Program-made: the position numbers and the translations under genes | Part shown: in pieces, positions 45,050 to 57,872 of the stretch | Layout: each line of letters starts with the position of its first letter | Position numbering within the stretch: the stretch's first letter is position 1 | DNA from: Macrostomum lignano | Lineage: Eukaryota | Direction: 5' to 3' | Assembly (NCBI GenBank): GCA_002269645.1 | Contig: NIVC01002760.1 | Coordinates: 1 to 64,000, forward strand | DNA length: 64,000 bases | Notes under the pieces: generated by a model | Database searches by the model: none | What the model saw: the letters and a program-made list of their open reading frames with translations, nothing else | What the model was told of the DNA's origin: nothing

Positions 45050-48000
45050 GTAGGAGTGAGAGAGTCTCAATGAAGGAGTGTGAGAGTCTTAGTGTAGGAG
45101 TGCGAGAGTCTCAATGGAGGAGTGTGAGAGTCTCAATGAAGGAGTGTGAGTTTCTCAATGAAGGAGTGTGAAAGTCTCAATGGAGGAGTGTAAGAGTCTC
45201 AATGAAGGAGTGTGAGATTCTCAATAAAGGAGTGTGAGATTCTCAATGAAGGAGTGTGAGTTTCTCAATGAAGGAGTGTGAAAGTCTCAATGGAGGAGTG
45301 TAAGAGTCTCAATGAAGGAGTGTGAGATTCTCAATAAAGGAGTGTAAGAGTCTCAATGGAGGAGTGTGAGAGTCTCAATGGAGGAGTGTGAGATTCTCAA
45401 TAAAGGAGTGTGCGAGTCTCAATGGAGGAGTGTAAGAGTCTCAATGGAGGAGTGTGAGATTCTCAATAAAGGAGTGTGAGATTCTCAATGGAGGAGTGTG
45501 AGATTCTCAATAAAGGAGTGTGAGAGTCTCAATAAAGGAGTGTGCGAGTCTCAATAGAGGAGTGTGAGAGTCTCAATAGAGGAGTGTGAGAATCTCAATG
45601 AAGGAGTGTGAGAGTCTCAATGGAGGAGTGTGAGAGTCTCAATGGAGGAGTGTGAGAGTCTTAATGAAGGAGTGTGAGAGTCTCAATAGAGGAGTGTGAG
45701 AATCTCAATGAAGAAGTGAGAGTCTTAATGGAGGAGTGTGAGAGTCTTAATGGAGGAGTGTGAGAGTCTCAATGAAGGAGGGTGAGAGTCTCAATGAAGG
45801 AGTGTGAGATTCTCAATAAAGGAGTGTGAGAGTCTCAATGGAGGAGTGTAAGAGTCTCAATGAAGGAGTGTGAGATTCTCAATAAAGGAGTGTGCGAATC
45901 TCAATGGAGGAGTGTGAGAGTCTTAATGGAGGAGTGTGAGAGTCTCAATAGAGGAGTGTGAGAATCTCAATGAAGAAGTGAGAGTCTTAATGGAGGAGTG
46001 TGAGAGTCTCAATGGAGGAGTGTAAGAGTCTCAATGAAGGAGTGTGAGATTCTCAATAAAGGAATGTGAGAGTCTCAATAAAGGAGTGTAAGAGTCTCAA
46101 TGAAGGAGTGTGAGATTCTCAATAAAGGAGTGTGAGAGTCTCAATGGAGGAGTGTGAGATTCTCAATAAAGGAGTGTGAGAGTCTCAATAAAGGAGTGTG
46201 CGAGTCTCAATAGAGGAGTGTGAGAGTCTTAATGGAGGAGTGTGAGAGTCTCAATAAAGGAGTGTGAGAATCTCAATGAAGAAGTGAGAGTCTTAATGCA
46301 GGAGTGTGAGAGTCTCAATAGAGGAGTGTGAGAGTCTCAATGAAGGAGTGTGAGATTCTCAATAAAGGAGTGTGAGATTCTCAATGGAGGAGTGTGAGAG
46401 TCTCAATGGAGGAGTGTGAGAGTCTTAATGGAGGAGTGTGAGAGTCTCAATGAAGGAGTGTGAGGGTCTCAATGAAGGAGTGTGAGATTCTCAATAAAGG
46501 AGTGTGAGAGTCTCAATGGAGGAGTGTGAGAGTCCTAATGGAGGAGTGTGAGAGTCTCAATAGAGGAGTGTGAGAGTCTCAATGAAGAAGGGTGAGAGTC
46601 TTAATGCAGGAGTGTGAGAGTCTCAATGGAGGAGTGTAAGAGTCTCAATGAAGGAGTGTGAGATTCTCAATAAAGGAGTGTGAGATTCTCAATAAAGGAG
46701 TGTGAGAGTCTCAATGGAGGAGTGTGAGAGTCTTAATGGAGGAGTGTGAGAGTCTCAATGAAGGAGTGTGAGAGTCTCAATGAAGGAGTGTGAGATTCTC
46801 AATAAAGGAGTGTGAGAGTCTCAATGGAGGAGTGTGAGAGTCTTAATGGAGGAGTGTGAGAGTCTCAATGAAGAAGGGTGAGAGTCTCAATGAAGGAGTG
46901 AGATTCTCAATAAAGGAGTGTGAGAGTCTCAATGGAGGAGTGTAAGAGTCTCAATGAAGGAGTGTGAGAGTCTCAATGGAGGAGTGTGAGAGTCTCAATG
47001 AAGGAGGGTGAGAGTCTCAATGAAGTAGTGTGAGATTCTCAATAAAGGAGTGTGAGAGTCTCAATGGAGGAGTGTAAGAGTCTCAATGAAGGAGTGTGAG
47101 ATTCTCAATAAAGGAGTGTGCGAGTCTCAATGGAGGAGTGTGAGAGTCTTAATGGAGGAGTGTGAGAGTCTCAATAGAGGAGTGTGAGAATCTCAATGAA
47201 GAAGTGAGAGTCTTAATGGAGGAGTGTGAGAGTCTCAATGGAGGAGTGTAAGAGTCTCAATGAAGGAGTGTGAGATTCTCAATAAAGGAATGTGAGAGTC
47301 TCAATAAAGGAGTGTAAGAGTCTCAATGAAGGAGTGTGAGATTCTCAATAAAGGAGTGTGAGAGTCTCAATGGAGGAGTGTGAGATTCTCAATAAAGGAG
47401 TGTGAGAGTCTCAATAAAGGAGTGTGCGAGTCTCAATGGAGGAGTGTGAGAGTCTTAATGGAGGAGTGTGAGAGTCTCAATAAAGGAGTGTGAGAATCTC
47501 AATGAAGAAGTGAGAGTCTTAATGCAGGAGTGTGAGAGTCTCAATAGAGGAGTGTGAGAGTCTCAATGAAGGAGTGTGAGATTCTCAATAAAGGAGTGTG
47601 AGATTCTCAATAAAGGAGTGTGAGAGTCTCAATGGAGGAGTGTGAGAGTCTTAATGGAGGAGTGTGAGAGTCTCAATGAAGGAGTGTGAGAGTCTCAATG
47701 AAGGAGTGTGAGATTCTCAATAAAGGAGTGTGAGAGTCTCAATGGAGGAGTGTGAGAGTCCTAATGGAGGAGTGTGAGAGTCTCAATAGAGGAGTGTGAG
47801 AGTCTCAATGAAGAAGTGAGAGTCTTAATGCAGGAGTGTGAGAGTCTCAATGGAGGAGTGTAAGAGTCTCAATGAAGGAGTGTGAGATTCTCAATAAAGG
47901 AGTGTGAGATTCTCAATAAAGGAGTGTGAGAGTCTCAATGGAGGAGTGTGAGAGTCTTAATGGAGGAGTGTGAGAGTCTCAATGAAGGAGTGTGAGAGTC

Positions 48001-48620
48001 TCAATGAAGGAGTGTGAGATTCTCAATAAAGGAGTGTGAGAGTCTCAATGGAGGAGTGTGAGAGTCTTAATGGAGGAGTGTGAGAGTCTCAATGAAGAAG
48101 GGTGAGAGTCTCAATGAAGGAGTGAGATTCTCAATAAAGGAGTGTGAGAGTCTCAATGGAGGAGTGTAAGAGTCTCAATGAAGGAGTGTGAGAGTCTCAA
48201 TGGAGGAGTGTGAGAGTCTCAATGAAGGAGGGTGAGAGTCTCAATGAAGTAGTGTGAGATTCTCAATAAAGGAGTGTGAGAGTCTCAATGGAGGAGTGTA
48301 AGAGTCTCAATGAAGGAGTGTGAGATTCTCAATAAAGGAGTGTGAGAGTCTCAATGGAGGAGTGTGAGAGTCTTAATGGAGGAGTGTGAGAGTCTCAATG
48401 AAGGAGGGTGAGAGTCTCAATGAAGGAGTGTGAGATTCTCAATAAAGGAGTGTGAAAGTCTCAATGGAGGAGTATGAGAGTCTTAATGGAAGAGTGTGAG
48501 AGTCTCAATGGAGGAGAGTGATAGTCTCAATGAAAGAGTGTGAGAGTCTTAATGGATGAGTGTGAAAGTCTCAGTAAAGGGTTGTGAGAGTCTTAATAGA
48601 TGAGTGTGAGAGTCTCAGCC
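45050..48620. repeat. 3.5-kb 22-bp minisatellite with ~1.22-kb higher-order structure
   Basis: GAGTGTGAGA(G/T)TCTCAAT(G/A)(A/G)AG units. Rare variants recur at offsets of 1226 (46061/47287) and 1224 (47022/48246). Confidence 0.95.
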
Positions 48621-49139
48621 AGTGGAAGACTGTGAGTTCCTCAAAAGAGTTTGTATCAAAGCAGAAATTAGAAATGAAATATGCTCGTAAGTTCCAATTA
48701 GAGCTAAATATCTATAACGAGTCGTACTTACTTCTCCACAAACTTTAGTCTTTCGCGGATGCTGAAGGCTTAATTATAATTTTCATAAAGCCTGCCAATA
48801 TACAAACGATAGCGGCTGGGGGTCGCTGTGCGCTCAGATTTATAACTGTAGAATAGAATCTGAGCAGAGTAGGAGTACAATGAATAGAAATGAGTAAAGA
48901 ACAATCAAACAAAATACTGGGACGAATTTGAAGTGTACACCTGATGAACTCGTCTAAAGGCTATCCGTCTACCCGAAGATAAGTGGCTCTCTTCCAATAC
49001 AACTTCAAGCGAAGACAAATAACCAGTGAACACAGGTATTCAATAAAATTTTATAAAAACCTTTGACTGCCGACAAGTTTTGTTAGGGTTTTCATTCGCA
49101 TTCAATTCGGGGTAGTCAAATTGCGACAGTCGAAAATTG

Positions 49140-50150
49140 CGACACTGAATCACAGATGTGTCACTGAATCACTACAGATATCATTTCGTCACTGAATCAC
49201 AGGTGCGTCACTGAATCACTACAGATATCATTGCGTCACTAAATCACAGGTGCGTCACTGAATCACTACAGATATCATTGCGTCACTAAATCACAGGTGC
49301 GTCACTGAATCACTACAGATATCATTTCGTCACTAAATCACAGGTGCGTCACTGAATCACTACAGATATCATTGCGTCACTAAATCACAGGTGCGTCACT
49401 GAATCACTACAGATATCATTGCGTCACTGAGTCACAGATGCGTCACTGAATCACTACAGATATCATTGCGTCACTAAATCACAGGTGCGTCACTGAATCA
49501 CTACAGATATCATTGCGTCACTGAATCACTAAGGATGCGTCACTGAATCACTAAGGATGCGTCACTGAATCACTACAGATATCGTTTTGTCACTGAATCA
49601 CTACAGATATCATTTCGTCACTAAATCACAGGTGCGTCACTGAATCACTAAGGATGCGTCACTGAATCACTACAGATATCATTTCGTCACTAAATCACAG
49701 GTGCGTCACTGAATCACTAAGGATGCGTCACTGAATCACTACAGATATCATTTTGTCACTGAATCACAGATGCGTCACTGAATCACTAAGGATGCGTCAC
49801 TGAATCACTACAGATACCATTTTGTCACTGAATCACAGATGCGTCACTGAATCACTACAGATATCATTTTGTCACTGAATCACAGATGCGTCACTGAATC
49901 ACTACAGATATCATTTCGCCACTGAGTCACTACAGATATCATTTCGTCACTGAATCACAGATGCGTCACTGAATCACTACAGATATCATTTCGCCACTGA
50001 GTCACTACAGATATCATTTCGCCACTGAGTCACTACAGATATCATTTCGTTACTGAATCACAGATGCGTCACTGAATCACTACAGATGCGTCACTGAATC
50101 ACAGGTGTGTCACTAAATCATAAATATCATTTCGTCCCTGAATCACAGGT
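49140..50150. repeat. Composite CGTCACTGAATCAC-based minisatellite
   Basis: Alternating GTCACTGAATCACTACAGATATCATT and GTCACT(A/G)AATCACAG(G/A)TGC subunits. Confidence 0.92.
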
Positions 50151-51729
50151 GTAGTTCCTAAAGGAAAGGCATCGGTCCCTAAATTAAGGTTCTAGAGGGG
50201 CATGCAGCCAAGAACTCTTGGTAAATACTAATCTGAAAAGAGAGATTTTAGTCCAGTGGGAGTGATATTATGAGTAACAACACTCACTTAACCTCAGTTT
50301 TGATGAGAAGAAACTGGCCATCGACATAAACTCTAACTTTTCACACCGGGCTGTCGATGATTTGTATTGAAAGAATCCTTGAGATGCCTCTTAAAGCTGG
50401 TCTCCTTTTACAACAAACAGCTGATTACCCGGAGCAATATGTACTTTTGACTGACCAACACCCATCTATCGATAATACATGTATAGCTAGATATATATTC
50501 ATGCACATGTAAAATGGGTCAATATGGCAGGCGAAAAAAAGAAGCGTGACACCAACCTAAATTGACTCATGTTAGGCAGTCTGCATACCGAAAGAAAAAA
50601 ATATGCAAAATATTATCTGTTAAATCTTGTATTCCATTTGAGCTAGCAGAAATTAGCTTTGCACTGCACCAGACAAAATCTTCCTGATGGCAATCCTGCC
50701 CTGCTCAAGATTTGTGTCTCTTCTCAACTCCTCTTCTCAGTTCTTTCTCATCTCCTTTTCTCCTTCCTCTTATCTTCTCTCTCATCGGTCTATATGAATT
50801 CTTTATTTAATAGACAAGTTTCTGAAAAGTACCACGGTAGCTTAGATCGTACTCGAAATTTGATTTCTTATTTTTTGAGAATACTCTCGAGCTGTATTAG
50901 GATAGAACAGCTTGGGATGGGTTGGGGTGTTAGGTTAGTGGAGGCGAAGTCCCCAAATGTCAACCGAGAATTTCGAGAAGTTGTTTTTACAAAAAAATTA
51001 AGAAAAAATATACAAGATCTGCTTCTGACTAATTTACAGTCTTATGGTAAAAATTGGCGACTTTTTCCATAGACTGCAAATTCCTGGCTCATAATAATAG
51101 AATTAAATAACCATTAAATAATCAATCCTATTTATTATTGTCATTAATTTTACGGCGTCGAACACATGTCTATGGTCAAAGTCGACCAATCACAAGAGGC
51201 AATGGCCATAGACATTACAACTGCCATCTACAAGGTAGCGAGCCTGAAAATGCCAATACATTGATGCCCCCGGAGAATTACGAGCGTATCTTGCCACTAA
51301 TGACAATAATATTTATCCATGAATAGAACGCAAAATGGAACAAATAGAAGCGAGTGCAAAAATGTAAAATAATGGATTTTGCATGTCGAGTGATGCTTTT
51401 TTCAGCTAATCTGAGAATAAATAACTAAAAGGTGTATCTTGTTAAGCGCTGGTAAGCCGCAATTGGATCAGATGTGCAACCGACAGCTCAGCCGCAGCTA
51501 TTGCGCAGTGAATCTCAAGGCTGCGTATGGCTGTTCAGTCCAAGGACTGGGGGGTCGCCACACACAACCCTTAATTATCACAGCTAATGCTGGTACCCAT
51601 TTTACAGCTGGGTGAACTGAAGCAATGCAGAGTTAAATGTCTCGCTCAAGGAAGGACAAAAATTGTTCCAGTGGGATCGGCAATCAAACCTCCGACCTTT
51701 CTCTCGTGAGTCCGACGCTCTACTTGCTA

Positions 51730-52115
51730 GGCTACAGCCCCTACTAGGCCACAGCCCCTACTAGGCTACAACCCCTACTAGGCTACAACCCCCACTAGGC
51801 TACAGCCCCCATTAGGCTACAGCCCCCACTAGGCTACAGCCCCCACTAGGCTACAGCCCCCACTAGGCTACAGCCCCCACTAGGCTACAGCCCCACTAGG
51901 CTACAGCCCCCGCTAGGCTACAGCCCCCACTAGGCTACAGCCCCCATTAGGCTACAACCCCCACTAGGCTACAGCCCCCACTAGGCTACAGCCCCCATTA
52001 GGCTACAACCCCCACTAGGCTACAGCCCCCACTAGGCTACAGCCCCCACTAGGCTACAGCCCCCACTAAGCTACAGCCCCCACTAGGCTACAGCCCCCAC
52101 TAGGCTACAACCCCC
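51730..52115. repeat. 17-bp minisatellite
   Basis: TAGGCTACAGCCCCCAC repeats. Confidence 0.93.
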
Positions 52116-52298
52116 CTAGAGGATGCAGTGCTGAAGTTTAGTGTCCTACTTCATTCAGTTGTCCATGGCTGACCATGTTCAAGTTGTGTTTTTATCATTT
52201 AGTCTCAGATTGTTGGAAAAGCCTCTCTTACAGTAGAATGCAAATAACTATTGTGCGACATCATTTTAGTTATGTATATTCATTGAATATTGAGTGTA

Positions 52299-54080
52299 TT
52301 AAGTAGGTCCACTACTCGATGAGGATTTTGATCCTCGTTGTCGCTGCTGCTGTTGTTGCTGCTGCTCAGGTCGCCTGTATTCAACTTGAGTTGGTGACGG
52401 TTGAGACGGCGGTTCAAAGCCATCCCATCCGACAATACTCGCTGGGCCTCCGCCGACCTGACCACTGGAAGATGCCGCCGCCATTCGCTGCCTTCGTTGC
52501 TGCATTCTCTGTCGACGCCAGGTGGAAAAACCGCGGCCCGGATCGGCCCAGACCTCGGCGGGTCCGGCAGCGACAGCGGCGCATTCAACTTCTTCGCAGT
52601 CGCACTCGCTGCTGTCGCTGTCGTGTCGGTTGTCAACGATTGGACGAGGCGGCAGTGGCGGCAGTGGTGGCGGCTGCTGCTGCTGCTGTGGCGGAGGCGG
52701 CGGTGGGGTTCGCCGAATGACAGCGCCGCTTGGAGCTCGCGATCCAGTTTGCAGGGGTGCCTCGATTCTGGCCAGCATGGCGTTGCCGTGACTACGCGAC
52801 GCCGTGTCATAGTCCCGCGGCGGATGCAGCAGAGGCGCTGCTGATCCGCCGCTTTCGCCGCCGCCACCAACGCCATTGTCGCCGAAGTCGCGTAGCTTCC
52901 GTTTGAGCTCCTCGGTGACTGACTGAAGCTCCGGCGGCAGCCGGGAGGCGACGGAGGTGACCGCCGCAGCTCCGGGATTCGTTGGACAATTGACGAGTAA
53001 AGGCGTCCTTCGAAGCGGCTCGGAGCCAAAAAGTCCGCTCGGCTGAACCTCCCTGGTGGCCAGCAGTTCACTTTCTCGCTGCCGCACCAACTGTAAATGG
53101 TCTTTCGTTGTGAGGCACTTGTTTAGTCTGGCAACGAACTCGGAGACAACCTCGAGGGAGCGGCCGCGCCAGGCGTGTATGTGAACTGAGTGGCTGGATT
53201 CTTCGTTGAAGCCTTTTGTTTGGTTAAGGGTGGAATACGTGTGCCGAATGGCGTAATTCTGTAATCATTCTAAATAAGATAATCAGAGAACATACTAGTG
53301 ACATGTAAGACCTACATATTACTGATAAGTATCTAAGTGTATGCGCAGTACGGAGTTAGCAGGGGACGGCCGCTCAATGACTGTTTCATACTACAGTTTG
53401 ATATAATATATTCAAAGAAATGGGTTGGTTGTGGGCACCCTGGCGCAACGTTTTCTGCGACATCGCCCCACAGCCAACGGTGAGGCAGTTATGCCCACCT
53501 ATTCCGCTGACTCCTCAGCACACAGAAGCGCTCAGGTACTGTACGCAAGCGGCCCCGGCTTTCTAATCGTCAGGCAGGTACACTTTCTCTGTGCCTTGAG
53601 GGTTTTAGTGTGAATCACACGATAACCTCCCTTCCTAGATCCTTTTCCTGTACGAGGTAGGAAGTACAAGGCTACAAATGAACGTGGCCGTGCAGGTATC
53701 ATGTGTTACCACCCAGCCAATTTTGTCACCCAGCAGTGTTCTGTACAAGAGTAAGTATTTTTACAAGCTTCCAATTTACCGAGCAGTATGAGGCAGAACA
53801 CCAATGGATCGGTGCGACCGTCCTCCTGCTGCACATAGGTGATGTCCGTGATCGGAATGGACGGGTACCTCAGTGGTTTTTGAGTTCGCAGATCCGATGG
53901 AAGCTCGGCAATCTTGAGCTTCTTCTTGTTGACAAACTCAAGGGTGTGTCGTTTTAGGCGAATGCCTTGAATCCGGCGCTTGTCCATCAGCTCCTGCACC
54001 ACCGGGTCGCAGAACTGACGTCCGTACACGCCTGCGGACGGCTTCCAGCCGAGGTAATCAGCAGCCAGGCCGAAGGACAT
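52299..54080 (-). CDS. PTB/PID-domain adaptor protein, at least two exons
   Basis: 53706-54080: FGLAADYLGW...VVQELM...IPITDITYVQQ...VFCLI is the PTB N-terminal half. An exon from ~53262 (NYAIRH...HAWRGRSLEVVSEFVARLNK) continues into ORF 52299-53090. Confidence 0.7.
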
Positions 54081-56427
54081 CCTTCGAATTGGCTTATGCT
54101 AAGACTTTGCAGCCTCCTTAATTTCTGCAAGTCTGTTCAGCAATGGACGCTCTATGAAGCCAGTTGGGTTTGTTTAGAAATGTGAGAACAAGTCCAGGAA
54201 GTGCAGCAGGCCTCTTCGCTCTCTCACTCTCTCTTTACATTTCCCTGTCTCCCCCTGTGGCACACACGGGTGGGCCAATAGGAACTGCCGGCCCTGGGGC
54301 TTTGGCTCTCTTTAGTTGGCAATATCAACCTTACCTGTGAGTTGATTGCGACAGACTCTTACCCTCCCCCCCCGCCTCCAAACCCGACGCTATTTCCTTC
54401 CCAACCAACAAAGCACTGACTATGGCTGGATCTGCAGGCCCGTTCACCGCATGCATCACTGCTCAAGCATATCGTGTAGCCCTCTAGGCGATCTGTGGAT
54501 GAGGGGTGGGTAAGTGTGTGTGTGTGAGAGAGAGAGAGAGAGATCCCGTAAGTTTCACCGGCACGGTCGGTGCCTTGAGTTGCTCTTCTGACTGTCGGCC
54601 CCTTGTGTGCGCAGGTGAGGCGCCGCTGCATTGATTAATTCCAAAGGCAGAGGACGTACCTGTGTAATATATAATTATGCGAGCGTTTTTATGCCGTACC
54701 TTTCTGAAGGTCGCAATATTGAGATACCTTTTACCGCAAGGTATAGTTAAATTTGAACGTCAAAAGTGCGCTAAAACACCTTCAAAGATAGATAGAGTAT
54801 TGAATGTGTTTAGGAAACTTCGAATACGTTTGTATCATTGTACAAAAGCTGGGTTTGAGATTGAGTATAGCCTGCTACAGAGGTCCTGAGCATGTGAACG
54901 ATTTCATAAAAAAGTGGAAAAATATTTGCGAGTGTAGCGTCATTTTATATTGGTATAATAAGATGTTCATTGCTCTATGATAAATGGAGGTGACTTTAAA
55001 AGGAAACAAAGGAGCAATTTACAAATTTAATGATGAAAAATGGTAAAAATGATAAAAAACGATGTGGTCTACTTTTAGTAACGCTCCAAGGAGCGAGTCC
55101 CGTTTTTGAAAGTTAAAAGTATCGGAAAGTATATTACTTTTGACCGCCTAATCAGGTAAACTCGACACTACAGGAATGGAAGTTTCAAAGTGCGAGAAAT
55201 TGTCAATAATTTCGTCCTAAAATAATTGTATTTCTCAGATAAAGCTTTTCGAGCAACCATGAGCGCCACACCCAAAACATGTTTCTGGCATGATCTCCTT
55301 CCTGCATGGACCTTTCCTCCTTGACTTCTTTGTCAGAGGAGAAGCGGTGAAGACACCCGTCGTTTCCTGGACGCTGGCGTCGACGACCAGGATCAGTTCC
55401 CTTTCAGAAAGCGGCAAACTCAGCCTGCGAGACCTGGAAACAGTGAGAGGCCTGCTAACCCTCTCGGACGGAGTCCCTTCCATGTTCTGCTCATCAATCA
55501 AATACAAAATCAAATTTCACCTCGCCACGAAGCAAGGGACAACTGGCAACCCCGTGAAATCCACTGCTCCACTGACGGGTCTCATATCAACTCCCGCCTC
55601 TCGAATTCGGAGGGAGAACTTTGGCGACCTTCTCCCAGCGCACCGGCACCTGCTCTGCCGCCTTCCAGAACGAAGTGCTTTCGGCATCAGCTCCTGCGCC
55701 ATGAAGCTGGACAATCAGCGAGTCTGGTTAAAGAAGATTACCCTCCGATCCACTCAGACAGTCAATCGGCGATCTAAACCCATATACGGAGCACCACCTG
55801 CTCGCGCATAGAGTCCAGCTCATCTGCATTGCGCTACTCAAACGCTCCCGAGACGTCTCAAACTAGGTATCCCTAGAGTGGATTCTCGGGTCTTGGATCA
55901 CCCTGGCACCTAAAGTTTGGCTGATCGTCTGACTTTCTGGCTTTGGCATTCTCCTCCCCTCTCCACATGCCGTTCTTGGACTCAACTGAAGAAACATCGG
56001 AACACCTGGGCCCTCTCAGGTTTTGGCGAGACGTCGCTAATTCGCGCATGGAGCATTTTTCTGTGAATTCCCCGTCCAAGGACCACTAGAAGTTACCGTG
56101 GTAACAGTCGTAAATATTACAAAATTATTTGAAGGCTCGCTTGTTTACATGTATTTAGCGGTACTTGTCTTCAAAAAAGGATTCTACTCGACTGTTGTAA
56201 ATAAGCTTGCACTACATTTAAGCCTCAGAAGCTCCAGAATAGGTGTATTTAAAATTTATTAAGGCTGTAATCTGTCGAATCTACATATTGAAAGTATTTA
56301 TGCCATTATATGCAACCTTTGCAACTTGTTTAAAACTTTAAATATGTAGGTTTAAAGTTTTTGAATCTGTACTCTTGGTTCAAAAACGCTTGAGAAAATT
56401 ATCAGATGGGCTTCAACTAGTTAGACT

Positions 56428-56952
56428 TTGTCAAGGACAATTGACACAGGCAGAAGCAATCCTGCCAGGTTCTCAAGGACAATTGACACAGGCAGAAGCA
56501 ATCCTGCCAGGTTCTCAAGGACAATTGACACAGGCAGAAGCAATCCTGCCAGGTTCTCAAGGACAATTGACACAGGCAGAAGCAATCCTGCCAGGTTCTC
56601 AAGGACAATTGACACAGTCAGAAGCAATCCTGCCAGGTTCTCAAGGACAATTGACACAGGCAGAAGCAATCCTGTCATGTTCTCAAGGACAATTGACACA
56701 GGCAGAAGCAATCCTGTCATGTTCTCAAGGACAATTGACACAGGCAGAAGCAATCCTGCCAGGTTCTCAAGGACAATTAACACAGGCAGAAGCAATCCTG
56801 CCAGGTTCTCAAGGACAATGGACACAGGCAGAAGCAATCCTGTCATGTTCTCAAGGACAATTGACACAGGCAGAAGCAATCCTGCCAGGTTCTCAAGGAC
56901 AATGGACACAGGCAGAAGCAATCCTGCCAGGTTCTCAAGGACAATTGACACA
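56428..56952. repeat. 42-bp minisatellite
   Basis: CAAGGACAATTGACACAGGCAGAAGCAATCCTGCCAGGTTCT repeats. Confidence 0.93.
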
Positions 56953-57319
56953 GAGCACTACACTCAGACTTAGCCAATGAGCAATGCAGTGAAAGTAGGC
57001 GGCCTCTGAATGTGTGCAGCAACTCTGTCTCACTGGCCACAGCAGAGGCAGTCACAGCACTGAGAGGTCCGAGCACCTCCAATCATTGAAGAACAATCGC
57101 TACGGCAATACTCGCACCACTTAGTCCAGCATCTCTCCCGTGAGTTGCAGCTGCCAGTGATGTCGGAAACGATTGCTCCAGAATCTCTGCTGGGTCCTCA
57201 TTCTGCAGCACTGAGCAGTCAGCAGCCTCTGACTGCACTCTCTTCATCAGAACAGTGCTAATGATTGATATTAGACCTGGCTGATTTTTCTTGATTTCCA
57301 GCTGCCTTGCGATTTCTAG

Positions 57320-57830
57320 CAGAATGGGCGCCGTCACCAGCAGAATGGGTGCCGTAGCCAGCAGAATGGGCGCCGTCACCAGCAGAATGGGCGCCGTCAC
57401 CAGCAGAATGGGCGCCATCACCAGCAGAATGGGCGCCGTCACCAGCAGAATGGGCGCCATCACGAGCAGAATGGGCGCCGTCACCAGCAGAATGGGCGCC
57501 ATCACCAGCAGAATGGGCACAATCACCAGCAGACTGGGCGCCGTCACCAGCAGAATGGGCACAATCACCAGCAGACTGGGCGCCGTCACCAGCAGAATGG
57601 GCGCCGTCACCAGCAGAATGGGCGCCATCACAAGCAGAATGGGCACAATCACCAGCAGACTGGGCGCCGTCACCAGCAGAATGGGCACAATCACCAGCAG
57701 ACTGGGCGCCGTCACCAGCAGAATGGGCGCCGTCACCAGCAGAATGGGCGCCATCACAAGCAGAATGGGCGCCATCACCAGCAGAATGGGCGCCATCACC
57801 AGCAGAATGGGCTGGGCGCCGTCATCAGCA
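57320..57830. repeat. 21-bp minisatellite (same family at 59240-59565)
   Basis: CACCAGCAGAATGGGCGCCGT units. Confidence 0.93.
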
Positions 57831-57872
57831 GAGTACAATTTGGGGCTTGTAAAATATTGTATCTCAACGCAG

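Noticed and set aside
55235-56079. ORFs at 55.2-56.1 kb as a gene or transposon
   Set aside because: I could not recognise any motif, TIR or splice pattern with confidence.
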